A DNA stretch of 64,000 nt from Paramoeba atlantica. Lineage: Eukaryota; Protista; Discosea. Under the pieces are notes generated by a model. The model was given only the letters and a program-made list of their open reading frames with translations. It searched no databases and was not told the DNA's origin. Shown piece after piece: positions 49,732-60,801 of the stretch. Location: assembly GCA_977017575.1 (NCBI GenBank), contig CDRNVI010000089.1, positions 92,912 through 156,911 of the forward strand, read 5' to 3'. Made by a program: the position numbers and the translations under genes. Positions within the stretch are counted from its first letter, which is position 1; each line of letters opens with the position of its first letter.

Positions 49732-52551
49732 TTACAGAACGATATATCTACAAAGCACTGCGTGCGCAAGATCAAAATTGCCACTTTGCCGATAAATAAC
49801 GTGTAAATTAAAAGCAGAACAGCGTAACAGTGTTTGATAGGATCGTTCATCATCTTTTGGGATAGAGTAGTGTCGTGCTCCATAACGCGTTCTTGTTGAA
49901 TTCAATACCTCTTGATAAAGTTTGCATGCTAGGTATTGAAGACCCACGTAGTCTGAGATTCTCGCCATGTTATACGTTCCTTCCAGCCACCCAAAATCTT
50001 TGGCTTCTTTTTCACGGTTGATACGATGCCGAGCAGCAAAGCCCCAACTTAATAGCCACATTTCGTTTCGATGCCTTAAATCAGAGGCGCGACTACGACA
50101 CCATCTGGCATAGGCGAACGCTAAGCATAATGGCGCGAGTGAATCATTTGGACACACAGAAAAAGCACCATAATAGCGTATTGCACTTCGTGCAACCTGA
50201 TTCATTGAGGCATCTGCCGCATAAGTATGCCCCAATAACATTTGAATGGGAAATGAATTTGACGTATTAGGAGTTCTTCCGGCAATTCGGCGAAAAGCAT
50301 TCACGGCTGAAGTATGACGGAGTCGGGTAAATAAATCAGAGAGTTTGTTCCACAAGATCACTCCTTTGTACGAATTGCGCAAAAGTTGTGTGATTTGCTG
50401 CATGGCAATTCCGTCATGCCCAGCTTGCATTGCTACGTGAAAAATAGTCATTAAAAGATTTTCGCGGTGCTGTACGCTCTTCAATCGGTGAGCTGCTTGT
50501 ACAGAAGTCAACCAGTATAGATGATCCGAAGTGTTATCAAAAGTTGCAACGAGCATAAAAATTGCTTCAAAAAAATCGGATTCTGAGGGAAGCGCAATTT
50601 TGACGTCCGTCCAGTTTAAAATTGTTATTGATGCGGCTGGGGGCAAATTTGAAATATTCAGATCTTCTATTTCATTCGGTAAATCGTCAGAGTTGGCCTG
50701 ATTTTGGTCAGCTTTCGAAGAGTGATCACTTTCAAAAGATGCACTTTGGTGTTGTATATCCTCAATCACACTATCTAAAATTGCCATTTCCTCAAAAACT
50801 TCTAAGTCCTCCAAATTTGCAACATCCGTACGTGATTTTTCGGGAACTGAAGTAACTGCTTTAGCTTCTGAACCTTCACCTGAAATCATTGGTCTATTTC
50901 GCTCTGTACTCTGAGATGTAGAAGTGAACGTACACTTTTGCTTTCGATTAAAACGAAAAAGTGAATGATTTGGCTCATCTAGATTAGATTGAGGCATACT
51001 TGAACGCACCGAGGCGGTGTCATAACGTTGTGACTTTCCACCAGCAGGGCGATCGAACGGTCGGCTTTCCCAATGAAAAGTAGATGCCACACTGGACGGA
51101 GCATCACCTCGTATACCCCCAGCACGATCGACGATTTGTGTCATAGTCATGGTGGAAGAAGGATACACTGAAGCAGAAGTTGCTTGCCCCATCCGTGTAC
51201 GCTTTCGCTTATCTAGTACTAAGCTGTGTACGGGTGGATCACGGAGCGAAGCTTGTATGATTCGGAGTAAGTCAGTTCGAGCCAGTAGGCGTCTCTCGGA
51301 TGGAAGTAGAACACCACGCGTGTCCTGATGTAAAAAAAATATTGCCCGATGATAAGCTAATCGAAGAGAAAGTACAGGATCTGTGCCGTCGTACTCCTTT
51401 AGGTGAGAGAGTACCGTGTCCAAGCCTTCACCAATTGAAAAGTAATGTTGCGCCAGCATTAAATGAGATTCCACGTGAGTGGGAGAACTTTCCAAAACAC
51501 GCCTAAGAAATTCTACCATGCCGGAAGAGTCACTCAAAGCTGATGCACAACGAGCTAAAGAAAAATATAGGGCAGTGCGAGAAGCCTCTGGAAGCTTATC
51601 AAAAGAAGGAATTTCACTAAGTGCTTTAAGTAAGATTTCTGAAAGATGAGGATGATCGAATCGAAGCAAGGCATTGGCTGTGTCATATAGAAGATCATAG
51701 TGATCCAACATTACTTCAGGTGATGTACTAGATAAGCATCTTTGCAATAAAGTTTCGTGCTCTCGAGGTTTGTCGCTAGCAAGCATTGTATGTGCCACTA
51801 AGTACTTTGTGTAAAGCGCAGGTGTTTCTTCTAATATTAAACGATGGTAAGTAACTACCTGAAGAATATCATTCACTGTGTCAGAGAGACGTCCACTCTC
51901 AGTTTGAATCTCAGAACGAATACCAGCGGCATACAGCATGTGAGGAATTTCCTCCGGAGATATCTCACGTTCGATATACTTTGTAAGGTGTGCGATGGCT
52001 TTTGGCGCATTTCCCAAATGGTAGTATAAATTGGCAAGTTCTGTGTAAGCTTCTACGTGATAGGGATATGTTCGCAATATTTGCTCATATTGAGTTTGAG
52101 CACGAGTACCCTCGCCTGCTCGGGTTAGCATACTCGCCCGATATAGTCCAATATTAAGAACTTGGTCTGGATCACTTGTAAGAGGTAGAAGTCGTCCCAA
52201 TACGTAAATAATATGCAACTCATAATTTACAGCACCATTCGGTTGTCCGCGATAATACTCAAGTAATTCTTCCCATAACTCGGCATTTCGATGGTCAATG
52301 TGGGCCTGTAGTAAGCGGTACTCCATAGATTTTTCAATGGCCCCCTTTTCTCTGTAGACGCTATGCAATAACTCAAAGGCACTCGCACTAGGAATGTGTT
52401 GAATGGCTCGACGAGCACAAGCAATACATTGTGAATAATCGCTCAGCAAGTACGCTTGATTGGCAAGACCAATATAGTGATCATGCTCTTGATATTGTTC
52501 AGGAGTGAAAATCCTCTGTTTGCGTTGCCGCCGTCTACGTACATGATCCAT
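49732..52551 (-). CDS. TFC4: TPR protein, RNA Pol III factor TFIIIC subunit Tfc4/GTF3C3-like
   Basis: N-terminal TPR array; C-terminal EGTYNMARI..YVGL..LA..LYQEVL and AFNLHVIYRQSGN.DLA match the GTF3C3/Tfc4 C-terminus; likely ATG at 52551. Confidence 0.7.
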   Translation of the reverse strand: MDHVRRRRQRKQRIFTPEQYQEHDHYIGLANQAYLLSDYSQCIACARRAIQHIPSASAFELLHSVYREKGAIEKSMEYRLLQAHIDHRNAELWEELLEYYRGQPNGAVNYELHIIYVLGRLLPLTSDPDQVLNIGLYRASMLTRAGEGTRAQTQYEQILRTYPYHVEAYTELANLYYHLGNAPKAIAHLTKYIEREISPEEIPHMLYAAGIRSEIQTESGRLSDTVNDILQVVTYHRLILEETPALYTKYLVAHTMLASDKPREHETLLQRCLSSTSPEVMLDHYDLLYDTANALLRFDHPHLSEILLKALSEIPSFDKLPEASRTALYFSLARCASALSDSSGMVEFLRRVLESSPTHVESHLMLAQHYFSIGEGLDTVLSHLKEYDGTDPVLSLRLAYHRAIFFLHQDTRGVLLPSERRLLARTDLLRIIQASLRDPPVHSLVLDKRKRTRMGQATSASVYPSSTMTMTQIVDRAGGIRGDAPSSVASTFHWESRPFDRPAGGKSQRYDTASVRSSMPQSNLDEPNHSLFRFNRKQKCTFTSTSQSTERNRPMISGEGSEAKAVTSVPEKSRTDVANLEDLEVFEEMAILDSVIEDIQHQSASFESDHSSKADQNQANSDDLPNEIEDLNISNLPPAASITILNWTDVKIALPSESDFFEAIFMLVATFDNTSDHLYWLTSVQAAHRLKSVQHRENLLMTIFHVAMQAGHDGIAMQQITQLLRNSYKGVILWNKLSDLFTRLRHTSAVNAFRRIAGRTPNTSNSFPIQMLLGHTYAADASMNQVARSAIRYYGAFSVCPNDSLAPLCLAFAYARWCRSRASDLRHRNEMWLLSWGFAARHRINREKEAKDFGWLEGTYNMARISDYVGLQYLACKLYQEVLNSTRTRYGARHYSIPKDDERSYQTLLRCSAFNLHVIYRQSGNFDLAHAVLCRYIVL

Positions 52552-52997
52552 GTAGATGTAAAAGAAGGCCACTAAAAAAGAAAAGCGAATTGAAAGAAAA
52601 TACAACGTACAAAAAACGTTTAAGCGTAGAATAATTTTGAAAAAAACGCAAAAACAAATGCTGCATTATCCTTTATGGCCCATTGTGGCCCATAATGCAA
52701 TATGGGCCATATTGCAAAAACTGGAAATTGGAACAAAAACAAATTCAATTCGCCGTTAGCACAGGATATTTTCTTATGAACACAAGAAAATGTATCGCAT
52801 CCCATGAAAAAGCCCCCTCGACGGAAGCATCCAAATAGCAGTAGCCCAAAAAGTCTTCAAGGATAAATCTAGTTTATCTTTAATGCAGTACTTAGTTACT
52901 GAGTAAACCTGGCTACCGAGTAGCCAAGTAAGATCCCAAGAAAATAGCAAACGAACGACGCCCGAGTTAAAATATGAAAGAAAAATAAGGATGCAAA

Positions 52998-55900
52998 TTA
53001 TTTATCTCCCAGCATTTCTTTCTCTGTACCATCCACAAAAGCAATTGAATCAGCGGAGTAACCATCTTGTACAAGATTCTTCCATATGATACGCTGCATA
53101 ATTGGGGGGCCACAAAGGAGAACCAATAGTTTCTCGTCTGGTTTCGGACACTGAGATGCTAAAATACTTTTGTCCACTACACCTACACCCTGAGTCCACC
53201 CAGGAGGAGCGTTGCGAACGACAAAGTACACTTTAAAATTCGCATGCTTTTCCGCAAGAGAGCGCAAGTACTCAGCAAAAGAGAGTTCAGCGACGGTCTC
53301 GGCAGCATAAATCAGTGTGAGGCTCTCCAATGTGCTGGAAAATGGTGGTCGTAGCACGGAAAGAGCTAACTGTAGCATTGGAGCAACTCCAGTTCCTCCC
53401 GCAATCATACAAACACTTCGCAAAGCCTTCTTGTTGTATAGGAGTGCAGGTACTTGTGGATCACAATGAAGCTTTGGTCCACCGCTCCGTCGCATGAGAA
53501 CCGTAGTCCCCGGGTGCAGAGCATTTACCCACTCACTTAAGGTGCCCTTGTCGGTTCGCGCTAAGAGACCAATTACTCCTCGCTCCTTAGGAAGAGAAAT
53601 TGGACTGTAATATCCAAGAAGCTCCTGCCCATTCCATTCACCTTGTATTTCAACAAATTGTCCAATCTCCAAGCCAGAAGTTTGGACAGAACTTGGAAGA
53701 TTAAAGCGAAGCACAACGGAGCCTTTGCCGTACTCCGTACCTTCATATCTCTCTCGTAGCACAACGGGATGCCACTCGGAAGTGAGGCCACGGAAGGAAC
53801 GCTGTGAGACGGCGGCGGCTCGATCACCGGCGATACGCCCATAGACAACGCATTCCAAAAGAGAATTTCCACCCAGTCGATTTCCTCCGTGAAGACCACC
53901 GGTGACTTCCCCAGCTGCGAATAATCGAAGAATCGATTTTGTAGAAGACTTCAAGTTGGCTGTTCTGGTCACCTCAGTGGATTGTACCTCACATGATGGA
54001 GTGAATTGAATACCTCCCATGCAATAGTGAATAGCAGGAGTAATAACACCCACGACGTAAGGGCCCACATCATCGACCAACACGGGAAAGGCCTGTTTTT
54101 GTGTCAAGGAGCATATTCCTTCCTTGCATGCATGAGCATAATCCAAAAGTGTTTGTCGTACTGTTTCTTCGGGGCATCCGATGATTTTACTGATCTGGCA
54201 CACATCTTCAGCATCCTGAAAGAATCCCTTTTCATTTTTGTAAAAGCCCAGCTGCGCAGGCCCGAATTTCTTAATAGCCGCTGCATTGAGAACACAATAT
54301 GCGTAATGGCATGATGAACTGGGATAAATGTCACCTTGACTTTGGATCGCCTGAGTAACTTTACTACGGAGATCCAACTCATTCACAAAGCGTTTCCCTT
54401 GAGTATTGAGCAAAATGCCACCAGAGCCACGGAGAGCCTCAGGCCCCAAAAATTTTGTTGGATGAGAAGGATCTTTCGGATCAACGAAGGCGGTCGGATG
54501 TAGTTGTACTTTGTCCATGTCAACGAGTGATGCTCCGATCGCTTTAGCAAGTTTCATACCGTCACCTGTTGTAAAATCACCATTGGTGGTTGCCGTTTTC
54601 GTGAGGTGAGGAGCATGCTCCTCGAGCAATGAACTGGAAGTATGATCGCAACCGAAACCGCCAGTAGTTAGAACGACAGAGTCTGCTCTTATTTCACGTA
54701 CTCCATCTTCGCACTGACAACGAACGCCCTTAACTTCTGTGTACGTTTCATTTGAATTTTCGCATTCCACGGTCTCCGTAATAAGAGACGTTACGTGAGT
54801 GTTACAAACAATTGCAAGACGCGTCGAAAGTTCCTCCTGAGCGTATCGAATTAAAGCCTGCATGATAGTGTACCCAACGGGAACCGGAGTTCCATCGCTC
54901 TGATCAGCAACGCGGTGCGTACGGGGAACGCTGTGCCCGCCAAGCTGCGAAAGGATATGCAGAGGAAGATGGAACTGCTTCATCAGCCAGTGAATCGCTT
55001 CAGAGCTTTTGATGGAAAGCATTTTGGTCAGTCCCTCATCATTCAGACCACCCTTAGCAGAACGTATAGTGTCCTGCTCAAATAGCTGCGCACTGTCTTC
55101 GATATGCAAGGCGGATTGCGGTTCAGTGCCCCAACCATTGATCCCGCTGGTGGCTTTTGCACTGTTTCCTCCCGCTTGGGAAGTCTTTTCGAGCAATGTG
55201 ACGGCTGCACCGCAATGTGCTGCCTCAATTGCGGCCGACAGACCTGCCAGACCTCCGCCTACTACGATCACTTTGCTAGGCAAGGCATGTTCCAGTCGTT
55301 GCTTTCGAAGCTCCACAGTCTCTATGCCAGCATCACCCTTGCGAATGAGACGCTCTCCATCTCGAAGATACATCAGGTAGTCCCGCATAGGGAAAGAGGG
55401 TACTTGGGTATGGAGAAACTGCCTAGCCTGCGATAGCTTGCCAAGCAACAAGGCTGAAGTAGCCGCAGCGTCCGCAAACATAGCACTTGTTGATTTCACT
55501 GTAACAAGTGAAATGTCGTGCTCCGTGGGCGTTAGAAAAGTAAATGCTTTAGGATCGAAAGAGGTGGTGATTTTTGATCTCGGAAGAAATCCTTCATAGT
55601 CCCCAGAAGTGGCAAGCGCTTCATCGAAAAGCTCGCAAATAGAAATGTAGCTCTTTTCGTCCGATTCGTTTTTATCCTTAGCTGTAGAAATCTCTTCTAT
55701 AGATGGAGGTCGCAATATTCCTACCCGCCACGGAGTTCCGCATGGTCCACGACCACACGCTCGCACTTCACCTCCCCATTCAAACAAGCTGTTGACGAAA
55801 CCAAGCTCCATCAATTTTTCAATTACGTAATCTACACAAAAACCTTTGGAAAGAGCTCCGAAATCCAAAGAAGCCTCGGCGTGCTTTTTAAAGATGATAC

Positions 55901-56450
55901 CCTGTGCGGTGTCAACGGAAAATCCTTCAGAAAAAGAAGCGTATCGGACGGTTTCACGGATTTTGGACCATTCCTGATCTTCCAATGGCAAGCGGCGATG
56001 CTCCTCCACAAATTCCCGCAGTCTTTGAATAGCAGGCCCACACCCGATGTCAAAAACCCCAGAAGACGCTTTTCCTACACGCTGAGCAACAACTAGTGCT
56101 TGACCCATATGCGCAGAGTACTTATGAGAACCTTCCGCGGGCAAGTTGTTAATAGCGGCAACCTCGCTGTTTACGTTGAAGCGGTTTAAAACAAGATCTG
56201 TCAATGATATGCCCTCATCCAAGACATTCTGAAGCTGTTCACGAAATTTTGCTTCACAAATTACTTTCAATACGTAACGCATACCAAATTCCACTCCTCG
56301 AAAAATCTGCGTTGAGTACCCTGCGCGCTCCAGAGACGGAGAGCATTGGTTCGATTCCTCAAGCTGAGCCTTTGCTAGGGCAGTGCGAGCAAGCGCTAAC
56401 TGAACCGGATCTCTTTCCAAGACGCTGGCGCTACTTACGGCGTGAATCAT
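52998..56450 (-). CDS. FRD: NADH-dependent fumarate reductase (ApbE + flavocytochrome c-type FRD + cytochrome b5 reductase domains)
   Basis: ApbE LDFGALSKG and ALATSGDYE; FAD GGGLAG, GGNSAKATSGING, QLHPT, EALRG, HYCMGG, HGGNRLGGNSLLECVV; b5R YSPISLP, AGGTGVAPM, LCGPP. This is the kinetoplastid domain architecture. Confidence 0.95.
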   Translation of the reverse strand: MIHAVSSASVLERDPVQLALARTALAKAQLEESNQCSPSLERAGYSTQIFRGVEFGMRYVLKVICEAKFREQLQNVLDEGISLTDLVLNRFNVNSEVAAINNLPAEGSHKYSAHMGQALVVAQRVGKASSGVFDIGCGPAIQRLREFVEEHRRLPLEDQEWSKIRETVRYASFSEGFSVDTAQGIIFKKHAEASLDFGALSKGFCVDYVIEKLMELGFVNSLFEWGGEVRACGRGPCGTPWRVGILRPPSIEEISTAKDKNESDEKSYISICELFDEALATSGDYEGFLPRSKITTSFDPKAFTFLTPTEHDISLVTVKSTSAMFADAAATSALLLGKLSQARQFLHTQVPSFPMRDYLMYLRDGERLIRKGDAGIETVELRKQRLEHALPSKVIVVGGGLAGLSAAIEAAHCGAAVTLLEKTSQAGGNSAKATSGINGWGTEPQSALHIEDSAQLFEQDTIRSAKGGLNDEGLTKMLSIKSSEAIHWLMKQFHLPLHILSQLGGHSVPRTHRVADQSDGTPVPVGYTIMQALIRYAQEELSTRLAIVCNTHVTSLITETVECENSNETYTEVKGVRCQCEDGVREIRADSVVLTTGGFGCDHTSSSLLEEHAPHLTKTATTNGDFTTGDGMKLAKAIGASLVDMDKVQLHPTAFVDPKDPSHPTKFLGPEALRGSGGILLNTQGKRFVNELDLRSKVTQAIQSQGDIYPSSSCHYAYCVLNAAAIKKFGPAQLGFYKNEKGFFQDAEDVCQISKIIGCPEETVRQTLLDYAHACKEGICSLTQKQAFPVLVDDVGPYVVGVITPAIHYCMGGIQFTPSCEVQSTEVTRTANLKSSTKSILRLFAAGEVTGGLHGGNRLGGNSLLECVVYGRIAGDRAAAVSQRSFRGLTSEWHPVVLRERYEGTEYGKGSVVLRFNLPSSVQTSGLEIGQFVEIQGEWNGQELLGYYSPISLPKERGVIGLLARTDKGTLSEWVNALHPGTTVLMRRSGGPKLHCDPQVPALLYNKKALRSVCMIAGGTGVAPMLQLALSVLRPPFSSTLESLTLIYAAETVAELSFAEYLRSLAEKHANFKVYFVVRNAPPGWTQGVGVVDKSILASQCPKPDEKLLVLLCGPPIMQRIIWKNLVQDGYSADSIAFVDGTEKEMLGDK

Positions 56451-56466
56451 TGTCGAAGAACTGCGT

Positions 56467-56490
56467 CTGGGGAGAAAAAAGGGAAAGAAT
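56467..56490 (-). promoter_or_regulatory. Putative trans-splice acceptor for FRD
   Basis: Minus strand attctttcccttttttctccccAG, 16 nt upstream of ATG 56450. Confidence 0.55.
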
Positions 56491-56854
56491 CGATTGTGTA
56501 AGCGAGCGGTAGGAGTGTTGGTTACGGGCGCGGAAGAGCGCAGAAGGACGCCGGGAAGGGGACCTCGAAACGAGAAAATGGTTAAAAAATAAAGTATCTA
56601 AAAAACAGTTTCTCAACGTTAGTAAAGAGTTAGTACATTCCACACTAAATCATGTAAGTTCACAAGAATGTAAAACCACGATATTTAAACTAGCATTTCA
56701 AAACACTATCATGTGTATATTCTGAAAATATTACTTCACGTTGCTACGCAAGTTGTCTACACGACATATTTTGTACTCTGAAATCATACTTTCCCGATAG
56801 TCCCATTTCCCTTTCTAACTTCGAACTTCGCCACTCCGAAACGCTAGATACTTT

Positions 56855-57514
56855 TTAGCACACACTTTCCGTCTTTGCGAACACATTTTGCGCATTCAGC
56901 GTTCCTTTCGCGCGAACCACCGTCACGTGAGAGCCACACGGGACGACCTCCTTGTTTCGCATCGCGTTCTCAAACTCCTCTCGCGGTACTTTCGTGAACC
57001 CCCAGAACTGGGAGGTGCACACCACTTGGCGACCCGGGAACTTAAACTTAGCACGGCGACACGCCTCCACGGCATGTACAACATTCTGCGGCTTTGTACG
57101 AACGGAGAACAGCACTTGTCCAATCGACACCCTGGCGGCAGTCCCGATGGGCTTTCCATAGGACTTTCGCATGCCTTGCTGCAGGCGATCTGCCCCGGCA
57201 CAGGACAACATCTTGTTAATGCGAAGCACATGGAAGGGGTGGACACGGATGCGAATATGGAACCCGTCCTTGCCAGCGGTCTTCACCAAGTGCTTGTTGC
57301 ACTGGATACGCGCAGCCTCGAGTGCCTCGCTACTGATTTGCTCCTTCTCCATGGATACGATGTGGACGGTGTGGGAGAACTCCTCAACCCCAGCTCGACG
57401 TTTGCCAATATCATAAATACGAAGCTTGGCATCCGGGACACCACGACAGAAACGGCTCTTGGGGTAGGGCTTGTTCTTTTGCATACGGTAGCAGCGGAAG
57501 GGACGGCGACCCAT
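56855..57514 (-). CDS. RPL10: 60S ribosomal protein L10 (uL16/QM)
   Basis: [60 protein letters not shown]. Confidence 0.98.
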   Translation of the reverse strand: MGRRPFRCYRMQKNKPYPKSRFCRGVPDAKLRIYDIGKRRAGVEEFSHTVHIVSMEKEQISSEALEAARIQCNKHLVKTAGKDGFHIRIRVHPFHVLRINKMLSCAGADRLQQGMRKSYGKPIGTAARVSIGQVLFSVRTKPQNVVHAVEACRRAKFKFPGRQVVCTSQFWGFTKVPREEFENAMRNKEVVPCGSHVTVVRAKGTLNAQNVFAKTESVC

Positions 57515-57921
57515 GGGAGAGAAAGTACGAGTGTGGTGAAGAAAAGAAAAAAGAGCTTTGAAAAAATGTAGGGGAAGATCGTATGTGATCAGGTGTGATG
57601 ATAATCAAGAAAAGAAAAAAATGCGCATTCAAGAGCTAATTCGAAATTGAACAAAGGTTATTGGGAAGATCTAAGAATCATGCATTTCATTTCGACCCAT
57701 ACAAGTGACATTTTAAGCAAGTCCAACATCTTATGGCTTCGAATAGATCTTGAAAAGGAATTCTACAATGGAAATATTGAGCAGGTAGTTCAAATAAGAT
57801 ATAGTTCACACAAAACAGAAGCACTTATAAAAGGGCGAAATAAATAAGTACATGTGTGAAGATCAAACTTCCCATGCAATTTTGATCGGAAATATTTTCA
57901 AACATGATGCCAAATTTTCAA

Positions 57922-58566
57922 CTACCACCAAGGACGTGAAGCAAAATAGTTATCAAATTTATGAGTCTGTTTGAGGCATTTAATATCGCCCCGCAGTAAA
58001 CAGGAGAGAATCGACTCTTTGTAGTTTTTGCTAGTGCGCGTAGACAAACCTTTCCGCAACACAGGTTCAAACTCTTCCGTCACACTGTACTCCCATTTCT
58101 CGACGTCAGAAAAGTCTTCCTGAATCCCACGTGTCTTTTCAAGCTCTTCCATGGCTTCTGTTTCAGAAATCCCGCGAAACTTCCTAATGTGATCAAGGTA
58201 GCGGTCAATTTGTAGGTGAAGATCAACTGCGCTAGGCAAACGTGGTTGGTACGTATCGGGACCATACCCTAAGTTACACACAGTGAGACAATCAAAACAA
58301 ACGGGCAAAATTTTGCGAAGAATTTGTTGTCCGTGTAAACAGCCCTTTCCCTTTTCTGGTGCGCAAAAATCAAAAACGTCGTAGTAATAAAAGGGAAAGA
58401 AGCCTACCTTACAAAGTGCACAGTTGCTGTCATGATGCTCATCCAAAGAATATTTGATTTTTTGCCAGTATGGCTTCTCTATAGTATGCATAACGGGAAG
58501 AGTAAAAGCTCTACGAGGACGAATGTGTGGAGCCAAAATATTCGGAGAAGAATAAAAGCGGGGCAT
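57922..58566 (-). CDS. Hypothetical protein (Cys pairs CALC, CFDC)
   Basis: About 215-aa ORF on the coding strand from ATG 58566; no family recognised. Confidence 0.6.
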   Translation of the reverse strand: MPRFYSSPNILAPHIRPRRAFTLPVMHTIEKPYWQKIKYSLDEHHDSNCALCKVGFFPFYYYDVFDFCAPEKGKGCLHGQQILRKILPVCFDCLTVCNLGYGPDTYQPRLPSAVDLHLQIDRYLDHIRKFRGISETEAMEELEKTRGIQEDFSDVEKWEYSVTEEFEPVLRKGLSTRTSKNYKESILSCLLRGDIKCLKQTHKFDNYFASRPWW

Positions 58567-58720
58567 GCACTCTGAGAATAATTTCTTGAGCAAAAAAAGC
58601 AAAGCTAATTAAGTGTCAATAAATATTTTCTTTTGCTCCACCTTGATGTGAGTTTCAAATTTAATTATTTTCAACCCATTTTTTATTTACCTAATCGTGC
58701 ATTGAGCGTAAGCAACCGTA

Positions 58721-59266
58721 TCAAAGAAACCCAGACCTGTGAATTGAGTGCTTGTGCTGATGAGATTTCCAATTCCGTAGATTTTTGCCAAGTTGTTCAT
58801 TGAGAACTTTGTCCTCCTGTTTTCTTTGACTCAAATTTCTTTTGTGTTCTGCACGCTCACGCTGCTCACGAAGCATGCGTTTGTAGGTCTCTGTCTCCTG
58901 CCTTTGCTTAGCCTGCTCGAGAGCATCCGACACTGACGCGGATCTTGTGCCTGAAGATTTATTTCGCATAGAAGGGTCAAAATCTCCGAGCTCTTCCTCT
59001 CGCAACCGTTTTCTTCGTATTTGGTCTCGAATGCGAGAAAGTGTGCCCTCGTCCATCAATATCTTGGCCGCTTTTTCAATTTTTGAAAAGGCTTCGTGGG
59101 CTCTAGAGTCGGTGCATTTGTCAGGGTGTACGAACGCAGCTAAACGCCTGTATGTTTTTTTAACTTCGTCCGCAGTACATGCGTCAATGTTCATGACGCC
59201 AAGAGTTTCAAAATGATTCCTCCCTGCCAGAATTCGAGACAAGGTTTGCGATATATCATTCGACAT
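58721..59266 (-). CDS. J-domain protein, DNAJC8-like
   Basis: NHFETLG...VKKTYRRLAAFVHPDKC...A.EAF; charged coiled-coil C-terminus ending LRNWKS. Confidence 0.8.
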   Translation of the reverse strand: MSNDISQTLSRILAGRNHFETLGVMNIDACTADEVKKTYRRLAAFVHPDKCTDSRAHEAFSKIEKAAKILMDEGTLSRIRDQIRRKRLREEELGDFDPSMRNKSSGTRSASVSDALEQAKQRQETETYKRMLREQRERAEHKRNLSQRKQEDKVLNEQLGKNLRNWKSHQHKHSIHRSGFL

Positions 59267-59503
59267 TAAAAAAATGATATGCAAATAAAAGAGGATCTAA
59301 GAATACTTATGAATCACAAACACATTCCGTTATATGAAAAGCATGTTGAAACGATTAGACATCACCAACAGTAGTAATTTGAGATGCAAGAAGCCAAAAA
59401 AGAAAAAAAATTGCACTATACTAGAAAGAACAGAGAATTGCGTAGTTGTAGTGCGCAATTCTGAAGCAAAAATTTCTCGTTCCCCAAGAAAAACCGTACC
59501 GAT

Positions 59504-60601
59504 CTAATACGTTAGTGATCGCCGTAAGGAATCTAACCGCCCGCAAGCATCGCATTGACTCCGCACTACGGTTTTATATCTAGCGGCAGTTCGCCACTGC
59601 TTTCGAGTGCTACCTTCCAGTACCGTTTGATTGAGCTGTGAGAGGGAAGGGGCCAGTGCCTGGTACCGCTCCAGATCTAGCAGGAGTTCATGCGCCCATT
59701 GCTTGTCATTAACTGATTGAGTTGCATTTTCCGAGTCGGAAGTCGAATCCTTGAAAAGGTGAGATATCCGGCGCTCTTCCACTTCAAATCGTTCCCATTG
59801 CTGAATTGCACAAGAAAGTTCTAACGAATCAAAAGTTTCTCGAAGGACCTGATCCTCTAAAGTACGAAGCATGTGGCGGTCAGCTGAGGTTTTTGGGTCC
59901 GGAACTTTTTCGTCTGTGTAATAAATGAGATGGGTGCCTGATCCTAGCGTTGATGTACGCATGAGATGTGAATAGCCGGTCTGATTTTGTAAGCTAAAGG
60001 ATGGAACCCGGTGTGGCTCGCTTGAAAAAGAGGTAGGTTCAAGTAAAATCCCTTTCGACAATAAGAAAGCGGTAAGAAACAGAATGAACGGCAAAACTTG
60101 ATGAAGAAATGCACCTCCTACGCCATAATGTGGTGTCTGCTCTGTACCAACCGATGAACGCCTCCTAACGAAAGGAGAGTCGAACTGTTGTGTAAAATAA
60201 AACGAACGAAGTGTGTTTTCAGGTGAAATTCCTCCGTTTCCCCCGTAAAACATTTCTTCAAAAAGTCGAAAGAAGAATTCATCAGAGTGCGGAATCTGTG
60301 ATGAGGAGCGAAATGCGTAACTCCTGCGTGCGGGAGTATCAGGAGATGATGAACCCATATCGTATGCTCTTCGTTTTTCTCGATCACGAAGTGTTGCGTA
60401 CGCACGACCAACTCGTTTGAATGCCTCTTCTGCCTTTTTATGTTTATTTTTATCCGGATGAAGTCGCAAGGCTCGTTCTTTGTAAGCCACGCGTAGCTCT
60501 TCCTCTGTTGCACGAACAGTAACACCTAAAACGTGATAATAGTTTTCAGAGCGGAGTACTTGTATTATAAGTTCTTCGTCTGGTTTATCATTGTCGGGCA
60601 T
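59504..60601 (-). CDS. J-domain membrane protein, DNAJB12/14-like
   Basis: NYYHVLGV...LRLHPDKNKHKKAEEAFK...YD; G/F-rich linker; one TM segment (VLPFILFLTAFLL); luminal domain with C-terminal C..C. Confidence 0.8.
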   Translation of the reverse strand: MPDNDKPDEELIIQVLRSENYYHVLGVTVRATEEELRVAYKERALRLHPDKNKHKKAEEAFKRVGRAYATLRDREKRRAYDMGSSSPDTPARRSYAFRSSSQIPHSDEFFFRLFEEMFYGGNGGISPENTLRSFYFTQQFDSPFVRRRSSVGTEQTPHYGVGGAFLHQVLPFILFLTAFLLSKGILLEPTSFSSEPHRVPSFSLQNQTGYSHLMRTSTLGSGTHLIYYTDEKVPDPKTSADRHMLRTLEDQVLRETFDSLELSCAIQQWERFEVEERRISHLFKDSTSDSENATQSVNDKQWAHELLLDLERYQALAPSLSQLNQTVLEGSTRKQWRTAARYKTVVRSQCDACGRLDSLRRSLTY

Positions 60602-60801
60602 AGTCAAAGATCTATTGTCTAATAATTTTTAAAAAGCCATGAACTAGCTTTTGAAAAACAGATACAAAATCAATTTGCGTCAAAACATTAATGATAAAGA
60701 AACTCAACCTTATTATGCCTACAGCTCTTTTACCGACACATTATCATTCCCTAATGTGCGACCTACAAAACCCTACCCCGTCTTACTCGCCCCCCACCCC
60801 C

